Below are positions 29,647 to 44,006 of a stretch of DNA of 60,134 nt, one piece after another; positions within the stretch are counted from its first letter, which is position 1, and each line of letters begins with the position of its first letter. Source of the stretch: an uncultured Pelagibacteraceae bacterium. Its GTDB lineage: Bacteria > Pseudomonadota > Alphaproteobacteria > Pelagibacterales > AG-422-B15. The DNA lies in NCBI GenBank assembly GCA_902604225.1, contig CACKXV010000004.1, forward strand, positions 1 through 60,134, in the 5' to 3' direction. The notes beneath the pieces were generated by a model. The model was not told where the DNA came from. It searched no databases and saw nothing but the letters and a program-made list of their open reading frames with translations. The translations under genes and the position numbers were made by a program.

Positions 29647-30836
29647 TGTCACAAAGAAATATTTTCAGCGCAATTGATATACGTTCCGATAAAATAATTT
29701 GTTTAATTGCGCAAGAGTTGGAAATTATAAATCGTGGTAAAATTCTTCAATTAATTGGTATTGGCATCTCAAAACTGCCAATAAATTGTATCAAGCCGCT
29801 CTCACTGCCACATTTGGAAATTAGCGATTATATAAAAAGTGCAATTACAAAGGCTGAATATGAGGCAAATGTAAAAATATCAGATGTTTTTGTAAGTATC
29901 TCAGAAAATATGACTTCAGAATATATTGATTTTAAAATTGAGAATGAAAATAATTTGATTGGCGAAGATCACATAAAAGATTTTTTTAGGTCAAAATTAT
30001 TTACTGGTTTATACACAAAGTTAAAAGAGCCATTGCATTCTTTTCCGATAAGTCACCGTATTGATAACAAAAAAAGTGTATCAGATCCTATTGGAATGAA
30101 GGCTAATAATCTTCTTACAAAATGGCATATAATCTCGGTATCAAAAGATTATCTTGAAATAATATATAAAACATTTCTGGAGATGGATCTAAATTTAAAA
30201 CAAATAGTTTCTAGTAATTATTCAACAAGTCTAGCAGTATTAAATGAAGAAGAGTCTGACCAAGGCGCTATAACTATTGAAGTACAAAAAAATAAAACGG
30301 TCTTATCTTATACTTTTGATGGTCAATTGATTGGATTTGATATAATTAGAATTGGAACCTTCCATTTCACCAATGATATATCACAAATAAAATCTCTTAC
30401 ACTTGCTGAGGCTGAGAGTATTAGAAAAAAGATTGATTTTTTTGATAAAGATAAAAAAAAGGATAAAGAACTCGATAAATATTATGATATTTATTTGTCT
30501 CGGGCTGAAGAGCTGACAAAAATTATTTCGATTACAGTAATGAAATCAAGGTTTAATTCGCTAGTATCAAATTCAATTATACTTACAGGATATGGAGCAA
30601 AATCAATTAACATTCAAAGACTAATTAAAAATAAATTTCCTAATTCATCATTTAGATTGGGTTCAACAAGAAAAATAAATGGTTCCAAAACCTTTCTTGA
30701 TAATCCGTCATTAACTTCAAGCTTCGGTTTACTTTCTTATGCCACAAACCACGACTTAGAGGGTGAGAAAAGCGATGAAAATCCTCCAAAAAAATCAACA
30801 TTATCAATAATTTATAATTTTTTTCGGAACTTATAA
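29646..30836 (+). CDS. ftsA: Cell division protein FtsA (strongly diverged)
   Basis: Follows ftsQ; AIDIRSDK, DPIGM, SLAVLNEEE, FTNDIS, ILTG, C-terminal amphipathic helix LSIIYNFFRNL. Confidence 0.85.
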   Translation: MSQRNIFSAIDIRSDKIICLIAQELEIINRGKILQLIGIGISKLPINCIKPLSLPHLEISDYIKSAITKAEYEANVKISDVFVSISENMTSEYIDFKIENENNLIGEDHIKDFFRSKLFTGLYTKLKEPLHSFPISHRIDNKKSVSDPIGMKANNLLTKWHIISVSKDYLEIIYKTFLEMDLNLKQIVSSNYSTSLAVLNEEESDQGAITIEVQKNKTVLSYTFDGQLIGFDIIRIGTFHFTNDISQIKSLTLAEAESIRKKIDFFDKDKKKDKELDKYYDIYLSRAEELTKIISITVMKSRFNSLVSNSIILTGYGAKSINIQRLIKNKFPNSSFRLGSTRKINGSKTFLDNPSLTSSFGLLSYATNHDLEGEKSDENPPKKSTLSIIYNFFRNL

Positions 30837-30904
30837 TACGTAACAAAAAGTAATAATCTTTGTCTATCACAAGAGTGACAATCAAATTATAAAATTTGAT
30901 AGGC

Positions 30905-31834
30905 ATGCAAAAAACTCTTAAAAAAAATTTTACACTATCAGGCATTACTTTACATAGTGGCGAAATCAGCAATATAAAAGTTAACCCGGCCCCCGCAAAC
31001 ACTGGAATACTATTTAAACGGACAGACCTTAAAGTGCCTCATATTGAGACTTTGTTGAATGCAAAAATTGAAAACGTTGTGTATTCTGATTTATGTACAA
31101 AATTGTCCAACGAATATGGCCACTCTGTGTCAACTACAGAGCACTTGATGTCTGCCTTTCATGGCTTGGGGATAGATAATGCAATTGTTGAGATAGATAA
31201 AGCAGAGCTTCCAATTCTTGATGGTAGCTCTCTAGAATATGTATCAGAAATAGAAAGAGCAGGTATTAAAAATTTAAAGGCAAAAAGAAAAATTATTAAT
31301 ATTATCCGACCTATCATATTTAGAGATAATGATAGTTTCATAAAGGTCACTCCAGCTAATAAAATGTCAATTAACTATACAATAGTTTATGATCATAAAT
31401 TAATTAATGAGCAAAATTTTATTTTTGATCTAGATTCAACACACAATTATAGAAATATTATTTGCAATAGCAGAACTTTTGGATTTAAGGATGAAGTAGA
31501 ATTTCTCAGAGATAAAGGGCTCATAGCTGGTGGCTCTCTTGAAAATGCGATTGTTCTTGATAATCATGGAATAATGAACCAATCAGTACTTAGGCATGAT
31601 GACGAATTTGTGAGACACAAGGTACTCGATTTTATCGGTGATATATATTTACTAGGATATAGAGTAAAAGGAAGTTTTGAAATATTTAAAGGAGGCCACA
31701 GACTTACCCACGAACTTGTAAAGTCGATTATGTCTGATAAATCTAATTGGAAATACGATTATGACAAATCTGATTTAGATGATTTAACATTTTCAATATC
31801 AGACCACAAAAAAGAGCTTTCAGCGTCATTATAA
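30905..31834 (+). CDS. lpxC: UDP-3-O-acyl-GlcNAc deacetylase
   Basis: MQKTL..GITLHSG, TTEHLMSA, ELPILDGS, GGSLENA, EFVRHKVLD. Confidence 0.97.
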   Translation: MQKTLKKNFTLSGITLHSGEISNIKVNPAPANTGILFKRTDLKVPHIETLLNAKIENVVYSDLCTKLSNEYGHSVSTTEHLMSAFHGLGIDNAIVEIDKAELPILDGSSLEYVSEIERAGIKNLKAKRKIINIIRPIIFRDNDSFIKVTPANKMSINYTIVYDHKLINEQNFIFDLDSTHNYRNIICNSRTFGFKDEVEFLRDKGLIAGGSLENAIVLDNHGIMNQSVLRHDDEFVRHKVLDFIGDIYLLGYRVKGSFEIFKGGHRLTHELVKSIMSDKSNWKYDYDKSDLDDLTFSISDHKKELSASL

Positions 31835-31886
31835 ATCACCAGATTTACTCTTTAATCTTAAAAAATATTCTTTAAACTCAATTCTA

Positions 31887-32645
31887 ATGTCTTATCTTAG
31901 AGTCAATACTCTCTTATTTGTAATTTTAATTGTACTCACTGCTTGCTCAGACGCCAAACTCATGACTCCAGCAACAGAAGGTGAAAAGCTTCAGATTTTA
32001 TATAATGACGCGATGGAACTTGTTAAGAAAAGAGATTTCGTTGATGCTGCTTTATTGTTTGAAGATATTGAAAGACAATATCCCTATTCAAAATGGTCAA
32101 ATCAAGCACAATTAATGTCTGGATTTTGTTATTATAAATCTCGCATGTATAACGATAGTTTAGATGCGCTCGAAAGGTTTATAGCGCTATATCCTGGAAG
32201 TGGTAAAATTTCATACGCTTATTATCTTCGAGCATTAAATTATTTTGAACAAGTTAATGATGTAGAGAGGGACCAAGTATCTACCGCAAAGGCAAAAAAA
32301 GCTTTTAAAGAGGTTATAAATAAGTTTCCTGAGTCTGAATTTGCAATAGATGCCCTAAGCAGAATAGATATCTTAAATGACAGACTTGCAGCTAAGGAGA
32401 TGGAAATTGGAAGATTCTATCAGTTTGATCATCAATGGATATCAGCAATAAATAGATACAATATGGTTTTGAAACAATATAAAACATCAATTTATACTGA
32501 GGAGGCTTTACATAGGCTTGTAGAAATATATTTTTCACTAGGACTTCATGAAGAGGCAAAAAGATATGCAGCCACCTTACAATTTAATTTTCCTGGAAGC
32601 GACTGGTATATCAAAAGTTACGAACTTGTAAAAGATCTTTCATAA
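31887..32645 (+). CDS. bamD: Outer membrane protein assembly lipoprotein BamD
   Basis: Lipobox LTAC, TPRs, ERDQ, LAAKEMEIGRFY, EEALHRLVE. Confidence 0.95.
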   Translation: MSYLRVNTLLFVILIVLTACSDAKLMTPATEGEKLQILYNDAMELVKKRDFVDAALLFEDIERQYPYSKWSNQAQLMSGFCYYKSRMYNDSLDALERFIALYPGSGKISYAYYLRALNYFEQVNDVERDQVSTAKAKKAFKEVINKFPESEFAIDALSRIDILNDRLAAKEMEIGRFYQFDHQWISAINRYNMVLKQYKTSIYTEEALHRLVEIYFSLGLHEEAKRYAATLQFNFPGSDWYIKSYELVKDLS

Positions 32646-32654
32646 TTGACCTAA

Positions 32655-36397
<3,743 letters not shown>

Positions 36398-36404
<7 letters not shown>

Positions 36405-38623
36405 GGCTTTAAGAAATCAGAAATTAGCTTTTTTTTACCGTGTTTGTCAAAATCAACAATAGCTTTTGTTCCATCTATGTCTTGTATTGTCCCGACGCCA
36501 AACTTTTTGTGTTCAACAGTTTGTCCAATTTGCAGGATAAGATCATCATTTATATCTCTTACATTTTCAATCTCCATATCTACGACAGTTCTATAGCTAG
36601 ATACCTCATTATTTTGAAATGAAATCTTTTTTGGTTTTAAACCATAATCTTGGTTGTATTCGTCAAAATGAGGTTCCTGAAAAGAATTCAAATGATCAGA
36701 AGCGTGGTTGATTGTCTTTATGATTTCTTGATCTAATTCATCAATGAATCTTGATTGAAGTGAAGGCATCCAATTATTTTGAAAACGTCTCGTCATGGAC
36801 GTTATGATATTAATTTTTTTCTTTGCTCTCGTTATTCCGACATAAGCTAATCTTCTTTCTTCCTCTATACCTTTATTGCCACTTTCATCAATTGTTTTTT
36901 GATGCGGGAATAATCCTTCCTCCCACCCTGGCAGAAAAACAAAATCATACTCAAGTCCTTTTGCAGCATGCAATGTCATTATACTTACTTTATTATCTAC
37001 ATTATTTTCATCTACTGCTGTCACTAATGAAATATGCTCTAAAAACTCTTCAATACTATTATAGTCTTGCATTGCAACTATAAGTTCTTTTATATTTTCA
37101 ATTTTTGTTTGAGCAGATACATTTTTGTCATTTTTAAGCATATTCATATATCCTGACTCATCTAATAATACCTTCAAAATATCATAGAATGGAACATTTT
37201 CGACCATTGACCTTCCTCTGTCTATAACTCCAATAAATGATTTCAAACTTCCAGAAATTTTTTTTGTTAGTTCATCAGTATCAATCATATTTTTAGATGC
37301 TTGATACAGTGAAATTTTATTTCGATTTGCTAGAGAAAGGATATGATTAAAGGACTTTTCGCCTATACCTCTTTTTGGTATTGTAAGTGCTCTTTCAAAG
37401 GCGACATCATCTTGACTTTCATAGACTAATCGTAAGTAGGAAACTGCATCTTTAATCTCGGCTCTTTCATAAAATCTTATTCCACCTATAATACGATATG
37501 GAATTGAATACTTAATTAGAGATTCTTCTATTTCTCTGGATTGAAAAACAGCTCTTACCAAAATGGAAATATTATTTAAATCAGGATTATCTTTTTTATA
37601 ATCTAGAATTTCTTGTGCAACTAGATTAGCTTCGTCACGACTTGAGTTAACTAAGTGCAGGTAGATTGGTTCACCAGTTCCTTGGTCAGATATTAATTCT
37701 TTTCCAAGTCTCATTTCATTGTAACTTATAAGTGACGATGCAGACTGTAGGATATTATTTGTTGATCTATAATTTTGTTTTAACCTTATGATCTTTGCGT
37801 TCTCGAATTCTTTTTCAAATTTTAACATGTTGTCTACTTCAGCTCCACGCCAACTATAAATAGATTGATCATCATCACCGACGCAGCATATATTAAGATG
37901 TATAGAAGCGAGATGTTTCAACCAGATATATTGTGCTGCATTTGTATCTTGATATTCATCAACATGTATATATTTGAAATTTGATGCATATCTTTTTAAA
38001 ATATCATCTCTCTTGAATAGATTTATGCATTGAAGCAGTAAATCTCCAAAATCCAAACAATTAATTTCAAATAATCGTTGCTGATAGATTTTATAAATTG
38101 TTAAACTTTTTTCATCAATAAGGTTATCAATATTTTCAGCTTTAATATCATCAGGGTTCAATGCTTTATTCTTCCATTGGTCAATTTTTGATTGAATGAG
38201 TTTGGGTGAGAATTGAGATTGATCTAAGTTTTCAGCTTTGATAATTTGTTTTATGAGCGAAAGCTGATCATCTTTATCCAATATTGTAAAACTTGACTTA
38301 AGACCTAATACTTCTGAGTGATTTCTAATAATTTTTGCTCCAATTGAATGAAATGTGCCAATCCATGGAATTCTATCCATGCTTTGATTAACAAGTTGCT
38401 GAACTCGATCAGCCATCTCACGAGCTGCTTTATTCGTGAATGTCACGCAAAGTACTTGAGATGGAAAAGCAAGTTTAGTCTCTACAATATGCGCCACACG
38501 TGTTGTCAAAACTCTTGTTTTTCCTGTTCCTGCTCCTGCAATAATTAGGTTTGGACCTTCTGTGCTGCAAACTGACTCATGCTGTAATTCATTTAAGCTG
38601 TCTAGGTATTGGGTATTGCTCAT
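36398..38623 (-). CDS. uvrD: UvrD/PcrA SF1 DNA helicase
   Basis: AGAGTGKT, TFTNKAA, VDEYQD, QNYRS, TLHAAKGLE, EERRLAYV, C-terminal Tudor-like domain. Confidence 0.96.
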
Positions 38624-38835
38624 GTTCGATTTTTTATGTGATTCAAGACATATAGTCTAATAGCACTTGATAAATTTGAAGTTGTTTTTTTCTGATCAAT
38701 ATCAGAAATTAGTCGATCAGGCGTAGTATTGTTTTGTTTGCTAAGTGCAACAATTTCATCCCAGAATTCTTTTTCTAAAAATACACTGGTTATATGACCA
38801 TCTAGATTGACTGTTCGCTTTTTAGAGTTTTGCAT
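38620..38835 (-). CDS. Ribbon-helix-helix domain protein (RHH_4-like)
   Basis: KRTVNLDGHITSVFLEKEFW ... NLSSAIRLYVL; usual neighbour of alphaproteobacterial fumC. Confidence 0.88.
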   Translation of the reverse strand: MQNSKKRTVNLDGHITSVFLEKEFWDEIVALSKQNNTTPDRLISDIDQKKTTSNLSSAIRLYVLNHIKNRT

Positions 38836-38844
38836 TTAGAATAA

Positions 38845-40239
38845 TCAAGACGAAGTGATCATCTTACTCGGACTTAGAAGTGATTTAATTTTCTTATTTT
38901 CTAGATATTTTAAAATTTTGTTTGCCTCTAAAAGAGATATATTTTTCTTATGGGCATATTTAGCCAACTCAGCTGCCTTCGTATAGCCAATTTCTGGAGC
39001 AAGAGCTGTTACCAGCATTAATGAATTTTCAACGCCTTTTTTAATATTTTTTATATTGGGCTTGATACCTTTAAGACATTTCTCATTAAAATTGTTTATG
39101 GCTGAAGCAAGTAAATTAATCGAATTAATGATATTTAGGCCGATCAGAGGTTTAAAAGCGTTAAGCTCAAAGTGACCTTGTGAACCTGCCATTGAAATAA
39201 CATTATGAAACCCCATTACTTGCAAACACACCATTGTTAACGCTTCACTTTGAGTAGGATTAACTTTACCTGGCATGATTGATGATCCAGGTTCATTCTC
39301 AGGCAGGCCGAGCTCACCCAAACCTGAGCGAGGACCTGATGCTAAAAGTCTTATATCATTTCCAATTTTAAATAAATCAGTGGCAATTACATTAAGCACG
39401 CCAGATAGTTCAACTATTGAATCATGAGATGCCAGTGCTTGAAATTTATTCGAAGCAGGTTTGAATTTTGACTTAGTTATTTTACTTATCTCTGAAACCA
39501 CAAGTTGATCAAAACCACGTTTCGTATTTAACCCTGTCCCTACAGCAGTTCCACCTTGAGCAAGGTAACTTAAGTTAGTTAAAGCTCCTTCAACTCTCCT
39601 TATATTTGAACTGATTTGCGCCTGATATCCAGAAAATTCTTGCCCAAGCGACAGCGGAGTCGCATCTTGCAAGTGAGTTCTTCCAATCTTTATAATGCTT
39701 TTCCATTTCTGAGATTGAGATTTTAATACTTTTTCCATACTTTTTAATGCGGGGACAAGTTCATTAATAATTTTTAATTTAGATGCAATATTCATAGCCG
39801 ATGGGAAACTGTCATTGGTTGATTGACTTTTATTGACATGGTCATTTGGATGAACGGGTGAATTGGTGCCAAGTTTTTTTGATATTTTCCTGTTTGCTAT
39901 ATTGGCAATAACTTCGTTGACATTCATATTTGTTTGAGTTCCAGAACCGGTCTGCCATACAGAAAGAGGGAAATGTTCGTCGTACTTTCCTAGAGAAACT
40001 TGTTTTGCAGCGTCGATAATTGCACTAGCTATTTTAGGACTTAGAAGCTTTTGTTTTTGGTTGACTTTTGCGCATGACATCTTGATGATTGCCAAGGCAT
40101 GAATTATCTCAATTGGCATTATATTATTGCCAATTCTAAAATTTTTTAATGACCTTTGAGTTTGCGCTCCCCACAGATTAGTGTTGGCAACTTTAATCTT
40201 ACCTAAACTGTCTTGTTCTTGTCTCGTTTTTTGACTCAT
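38845..40239 (-). CDS. fumC: Class II fumarate hydratase
   Basis: WGAQTQRS, WQTGSGTQTNMN, GRTHLQDA, GSSIMPGKVNP. Confidence 0.98.
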   Translation of the reverse strand: MSQKTRQEQDSLGKIKVANTNLWGAQTQRSLKNFRIGNNIMPIEIIHALAIIKMSCAKVNQKQKLLSPKIASAIIDAAKQVSLGKYDEHFPLSVWQTGSGTQTNMNVNEVIANIANRKISKKLGTNSPVHPNDHVNKSQSTNDSFPSAMNIASKLKIINELVPALKSMEKVLKSQSQKWKSIIKIGRTHLQDATPLSLGQEFSGYQAQISSNIRRVEGALTNLSYLAQGGTAVGTGLNTKRGFDQLVVSEISKITKSKFKPASNKFQALASHDSIVELSGVLNVIATDLFKIGNDIRLLASGPRSGLGELGLPENEPGSSIMPGKVNPTQSEALTMVCLQVMGFHNVISMAGSQGHFELNAFKPLIGLNIINSINLLASAINNFNEKCLKGIKPNIKNIKKGVENSLMLVTALAPEIGYTKAAELAKYAHKKNISLLEANKILKYLENKKIKSLLSPSKMITSS

Positions 40240-40309
40240 GATGGATGTACTATAGTACCTTAATATATTACATATGGTAAGCGATTAAGCTTTTTCAATG
40301 ATTATTCTA

Positions 40310-40390
40310 TTATACTACTGCAAATTCGAAATGAAATGCCAGTAATAACAAGAAAATTAGTGAGAGCGCAGCGAGGTAATAAGGAATCAT
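40310..40390 (-). CDS. Candidate 26-aa single-TM small protein
   Basis: Manual translation MIPYYLAALSLIFLLLLAFHFEFAVV*; between ssrA and fumC, same strand; no clear SD. Confidence 0.4.
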   Translation of the reverse strand: MIPYYLAALSLIFLLLLAFHFEFAVV

Positions 40391-40477
40391 AAATTTTAAC
40401 TATCAGAGTCCATAATTTTAAAAATCATTAATATTTATATATTTTAAAAGTGTATAATTGAAAGCTGAAACTAAATG

Positions 40478-40737
40478 AAGTGGGAGACTTCTGTTGCCCG
40501 GTGCCTCCCGAACCGCGCTTACCTAATTAGATTAAGCAGCGAGCGCTAATTTATTGTTAGCATTTAAAAGTTAGCCCGATAACGGCGGTACAATGCCGAG
40601 AGAAAAACTTACCTTTAAACATTCGTCGATCCTATATCACCCCCTACAAAATGGTGGAGGTGCCGGGTACCGCCCCCGGGTCCGTAATGGGTATTATGTA
40701 AGCCGTTTATCTCTATAGCCAGGATATCCCCAGCAAT
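40478..40737 (-). ncRNA. ssrA: Two-piece (circularly permuted) tmRNA; outer ends approximate
   Basis: Acceptor piece ends ...GGCGGTACCCGGCACCTCCACCA (3' end 40652); 7-nt spacer; coding piece starts GGGGGTG at 40644 giving a G3.U70 acceptor stem; tag ORF 40561-40532 ANNKLALAA*; 3' hairpin GGGAGGC/GTCTCCC. Confidence 0.95.
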
Positions 40738-40815
40738 CTGAATATAGTTTGATATTGAATCTTTTTAAAGAGGCTATTCTTATTATAATATGCCATTAAT
40801 ATTTGATTCACAAAA

Positions 40816-41751
40816 ATGCCTGTAAATAAAGAACAACTTGAAGAGATAGAAGCTTTACGCTCTGAAAAAACTGAGACTGCTAGAGTTACTGCTCCAGAGT
40901 TAGAGGCTGTTTTGTACCAGCCCATTGAAGTTCTCGATCATGGTTTTGTCCGAGTTATTGACTATATGGGTGACGACAGTTCTGTTGTTCAATCTGCTAG
41001 GGTCTCTTATGGCAAAGGGACAAAGAAAATCTCAAATGATAAAGGTCTAATTAAATACTTGATGAGACATCGCCACTCAACGCCATTTGAAATGTGTGAG
41101 ATTAAGTTTCATATAAAGTTACCAATTTTTATTGCTCGTCAGTGGATTAGACATAGGACTGCGAATGTAAATGAATATTCAGCTAGGTATTCAATACTTG
41201 ATAAAGAGTTTTATATACCTTCTGCGGAAAATTTAGCGGCCCAATCGCAGATTAATAACCAGGGTCGAGGTGATGTACTCACTGATGACGAAGCATCAAA
41301 TGTTATTCAAATATTAAAGAATGATGCAGAGCAAACGTACGCAAATTATGAGACACTCTTGAATGAAAACTCTTCAGGGGGAGTTTTGGATGAGGGTAAG
41401 TCAGGTATTGCCCGTGAACTTGCTAGAATGAATCTTACATTAAATACTTATACACAATGGTACTGGAAAATTGATCTCAATAATCTTCTTCATTTTCTAG
41501 CCTTAAGAGCTGACGACCATGCTCAATACGAGATCAGAGTTTATGCAGATGTAATGCTTGAACTGGTAAAAAAATGGGTTCCTTTGACTTACGAGGCATT
41601 TGAAGATTACCGCATGGGAGGCACAGAGTTATCAGCAAAAGAAATTAAATTAATGCGTAAACTTCTTAAGGGAGAAAAAGTTTCATTTGAGGAAGAAGGC
41701 CTCTCGAAGCGAGAATGGAGTGAACTTCAAAAGAAATTTGACCTTAACTAG
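40816..41751 (+). CDS. thyX: FAD-dependent thymidylate synthase
   Basis: [26 protein letters not shown] motif, HAQYEIR. Confidence 0.97.
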   Translation: MPVNKEQLEEIEALRSEKTETARVTAPELEAVLYQPIEVLDHGFVRVIDYMGDDSSVVQSARVSYGKGTKKISNDKGLIKYLMRHRHSTPFEMCEIKFHIKLPIFIARQWIRHRTANVNEYSARYSILDKEFYIPSAENLAAQSQINNQGRGDVLTDDEASNVIQILKNDAEQTYANYETLLNENSSGGVLDEGKSGIARELARMNLTLNTYTQWYWKIDLNNLLHFLALRADDHAQYEIRVYADVMLELVKKWVPLTYEAFEDYRMGGTELSAKEIKLMRKLLKGEKVSFEEEGLSKREWSELQKKFDLN

Positions 41752-42829
41752 TACTGGATAGTTTTTCCAATTTCAGTCTTTTGATTAAAGATTCTGCCAA
41801 ATCATTAAATATTTTACTGACTTTGTGGTCTGGCACTAAATCGGTTAAAGGATGACCTTTATCACTTTGCTCCATGAGCAATGGATCATGCGGTAAATTT
41901 GCTAAAATTTCATAATCATATTTTTCAGCTATATCTTTGGTTTTGCTTTCACCATAAAGGCTATACTCTTTTCCAGTATCTGGCGCTAAAAAATAACTCA
42001 TGTTCTCAACTATGCCGAGTATAGGGACTTTAGTTTTTTCAAACATTTTTAAACCGCGCACAACATCGATCAAAGCAATATCTTGAGGTGTTGTTACAAT
42101 AACGCTTCCGGAAATATTAATTTTTTGAATAAGTGATAGTTGAACATCACCAGTACCAGGGGGTAAGTCAATCACCATTATGTCAGCATCCCCCCAATTA
42201 ACTTTATCGATCATTTCATTAATTGCCTTCATGACCATGAGTCCACGCCAAATAATTGGATTTTCATCATTTACCATATACCCCATAGACATTGTGGAAA
42301 TGCCATATCGATCGATAGTTTCTATTTTTTCTCCATCAGATGAAGGCTTTTCATTTATACCAATCATTTTCGGAATTGACGGTCCATAAATGTCAGCATC
42401 TAACAGGCATGTTTTAAATCCTTGAGATTTGAAAGCGCATGCAAGGTTCACAGCGACAGTTGATTTGCCTACACCACCTTTTCCAGAGGCAACAGCTAAA
42501 ATATATTTTATTTTAGATGTACCAGCATTATTTGATTTCTTTACCTGAGCACTATTTTCTTTTTCATTTTCTAAATTTTCTTTGTGATATGTTGTAATAA
42601 TATTTACTTTTGTAATACCAGGGATTTCATTAAGGGCAGCTTGAGCATCGTTAAATATTTTTTTGTTTTTTTTTTGGTCCATCTCATCAAATTCTAATAT
42701 GCAATCAATTTTACCCTCATTGGCGTTGATATTTTTCACCATACCTAGAGCAACGATATTCTCGCCTTTACTTTCGTTCATTACTTGTCCAAGTAAGTGT
42801 AATGCTTGATTTTCTAAGGTTTCTGCCAT
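41744..42829 (-). CDS. mrp: Mrp/ApbC (NBP35 family) P-loop ATPase
   Basis: [37 protein letters not shown]. Confidence 0.93.
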   Translation of the reverse strand: MAETLENQALHLLGQVMNESKGENIVALGMVKNINANEGKIDCILEFDEMDQKKNKKIFNDAQAALNEIPGITKVNIITTYHKENLENEKENSAQVKKSNNAGTSKIKYILAVASGKGGVGKSTVAVNLACAFKSQGFKTCLLDADIYGPSIPKMIGINEKPSSDGEKIETIDRYGISTMSMGYMVNDENPIIWRGLMVMKAINEMIDKVNWGDADIMVIDLPPGTGDVQLSLIQKINISGSVIVTTPQDIALIDVVRGLKMFEKTKVPILGIVENMSYFLAPDTGKEYSLYGESKTKDIAEKYDYEILANLPHDPLLMEQSDKGHPLTDLVPDHKVSKIFNDLAESLIKRLKLEKLSSTS

Positions 42830-42933
42830 TTTTTTTGAACTTGTATTATATTAATTAATCACAATATATCATATGCAAACTTGTAATTAATTGCTTTTAA
42901 CTATTTTTACCATATATAAATACAATTAATAAA

Positions 42934-44004
42934 ATGTCTTGGTCTGATAACAATAATAATGATCCTTGGGGATCTTCTGGTAACGGTAGCGGTAGACGTG
43001 GCCCTGGACCAAACATGGACGATGTAATTCGAAATGCTCAAAATAGATTTAAAGGAATGATGCCCGGCTCTTTTTTTGGAAAGTTAGGGCCAATGGTCAT
43101 AATAGGAATTTTAATACTCATTTGGCTAGCAAGCGGCTTTTATAGAGTGCTACCTGATGAGCAAGGAGTAGTTCTTCAATTTGGAAAATATACCAAAACT
43201 ACTCAACCTGGTTTAAATTACCATCTTCCTTATCCAATTGAGAGAGTTTTCACTCCTAAGGTTACAAAAATTAATAGAATAGATGTTGGTTATCGTCAAA
43301 GCCCTGATTCACGTGTTACAGCAATTCGTGACGTCGAGGAAGAAAGCTTGATGCTAACTGGAGATGAAAATATCGTAGATATTGATTTTTCTGTGTTTTG
43401 GTTAATCAATGATGCCGGAAAGTTTTTATTTAATGTACAGGCCCCAGAATTAACAGTAAAAAGTGCTGCTGAAACAGCAATGCGTGAGTCTATAGGTCAA
43501 GCTTCAATTCAATCTATATTAACTGAGGGAAGAACCGAGATTGAAGATAAAACTCAGGTATTAATTCAAGAGATATTAGATGAGTACGGAACTGGAATAA
43601 CTATAACGCAAGTTCAAACACAAAAAGCAGATCCGCCTGCTCAAGTTATTGATGCATTCAGAGATGTCCAAGCTGCACGTGCCGATAGGGAAAGACAGCG
43701 TAACGAAGCTGAAGCTTATGCCAATGATATAATCCCAAGGGCTCGAGGTGAGGCTGAGCAGATACTTCAATTGGCTGAAGGTTATAGGCAAAAAGTGATA
43801 GCCGACAGTGAGGGTAAAGCTGCAAGATTTTTATCAATTCAAGCCGAGTATGCAAAAGCCCCATCTGTTACAAAAAAGAGAATTTTTTACGAAACCATGG
43901 AAGATGTATTTTCTGACATGGATAAAGTAATTATCGACAAAAATGGAGGGGACTCTGTAGTTCCTTACCTGCCCTTACCAGAATTAAAGAAAACACAGGA
44001 TTAA
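42934..44004 (+). CDS. hflK: FtsH modulator HflK
   Basis: MSW..DPWG N-terminus, SPFH domain, MLTGDENIV, AFRDVQAA, YLPLPEL. Confidence 0.96.
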   Translation: MSWSDNNNNDPWGSSGNGSGRRGPGPNMDDVIRNAQNRFKGMMPGSFFGKLGPMVIIGILILIWLASGFYRVLPDEQGVVLQFGKYTKTTQPGLNYHLPYPIERVFTPKVTKINRIDVGYRQSPDSRVTAIRDVEEESLMLTGDENIVDIDFSVFWLINDAGKFLFNVQAPELTVKSAAETAMRESIGQASIQSILTEGRTEIEDKTQVLIQEILDEYGTGITITQVQTQKADPPAQVIDAFRDVQAARADRERQRNEAEAYANDIIPRARGEAEQILQLAEGYRQKVIADSEGKAARFLSIQAEYAKAPSVTKKRIFYETMEDVFSDMDKVIIDKNGGDSVVPYLPLPELKKTQD

Positions 44005-44006
44005 AC

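Noticed and set aside
40240-40480. Possible prophage or island integrated at ssrA
   Set aside because: No integrase and no duplicated tmRNA end seen; core genes on both flanks
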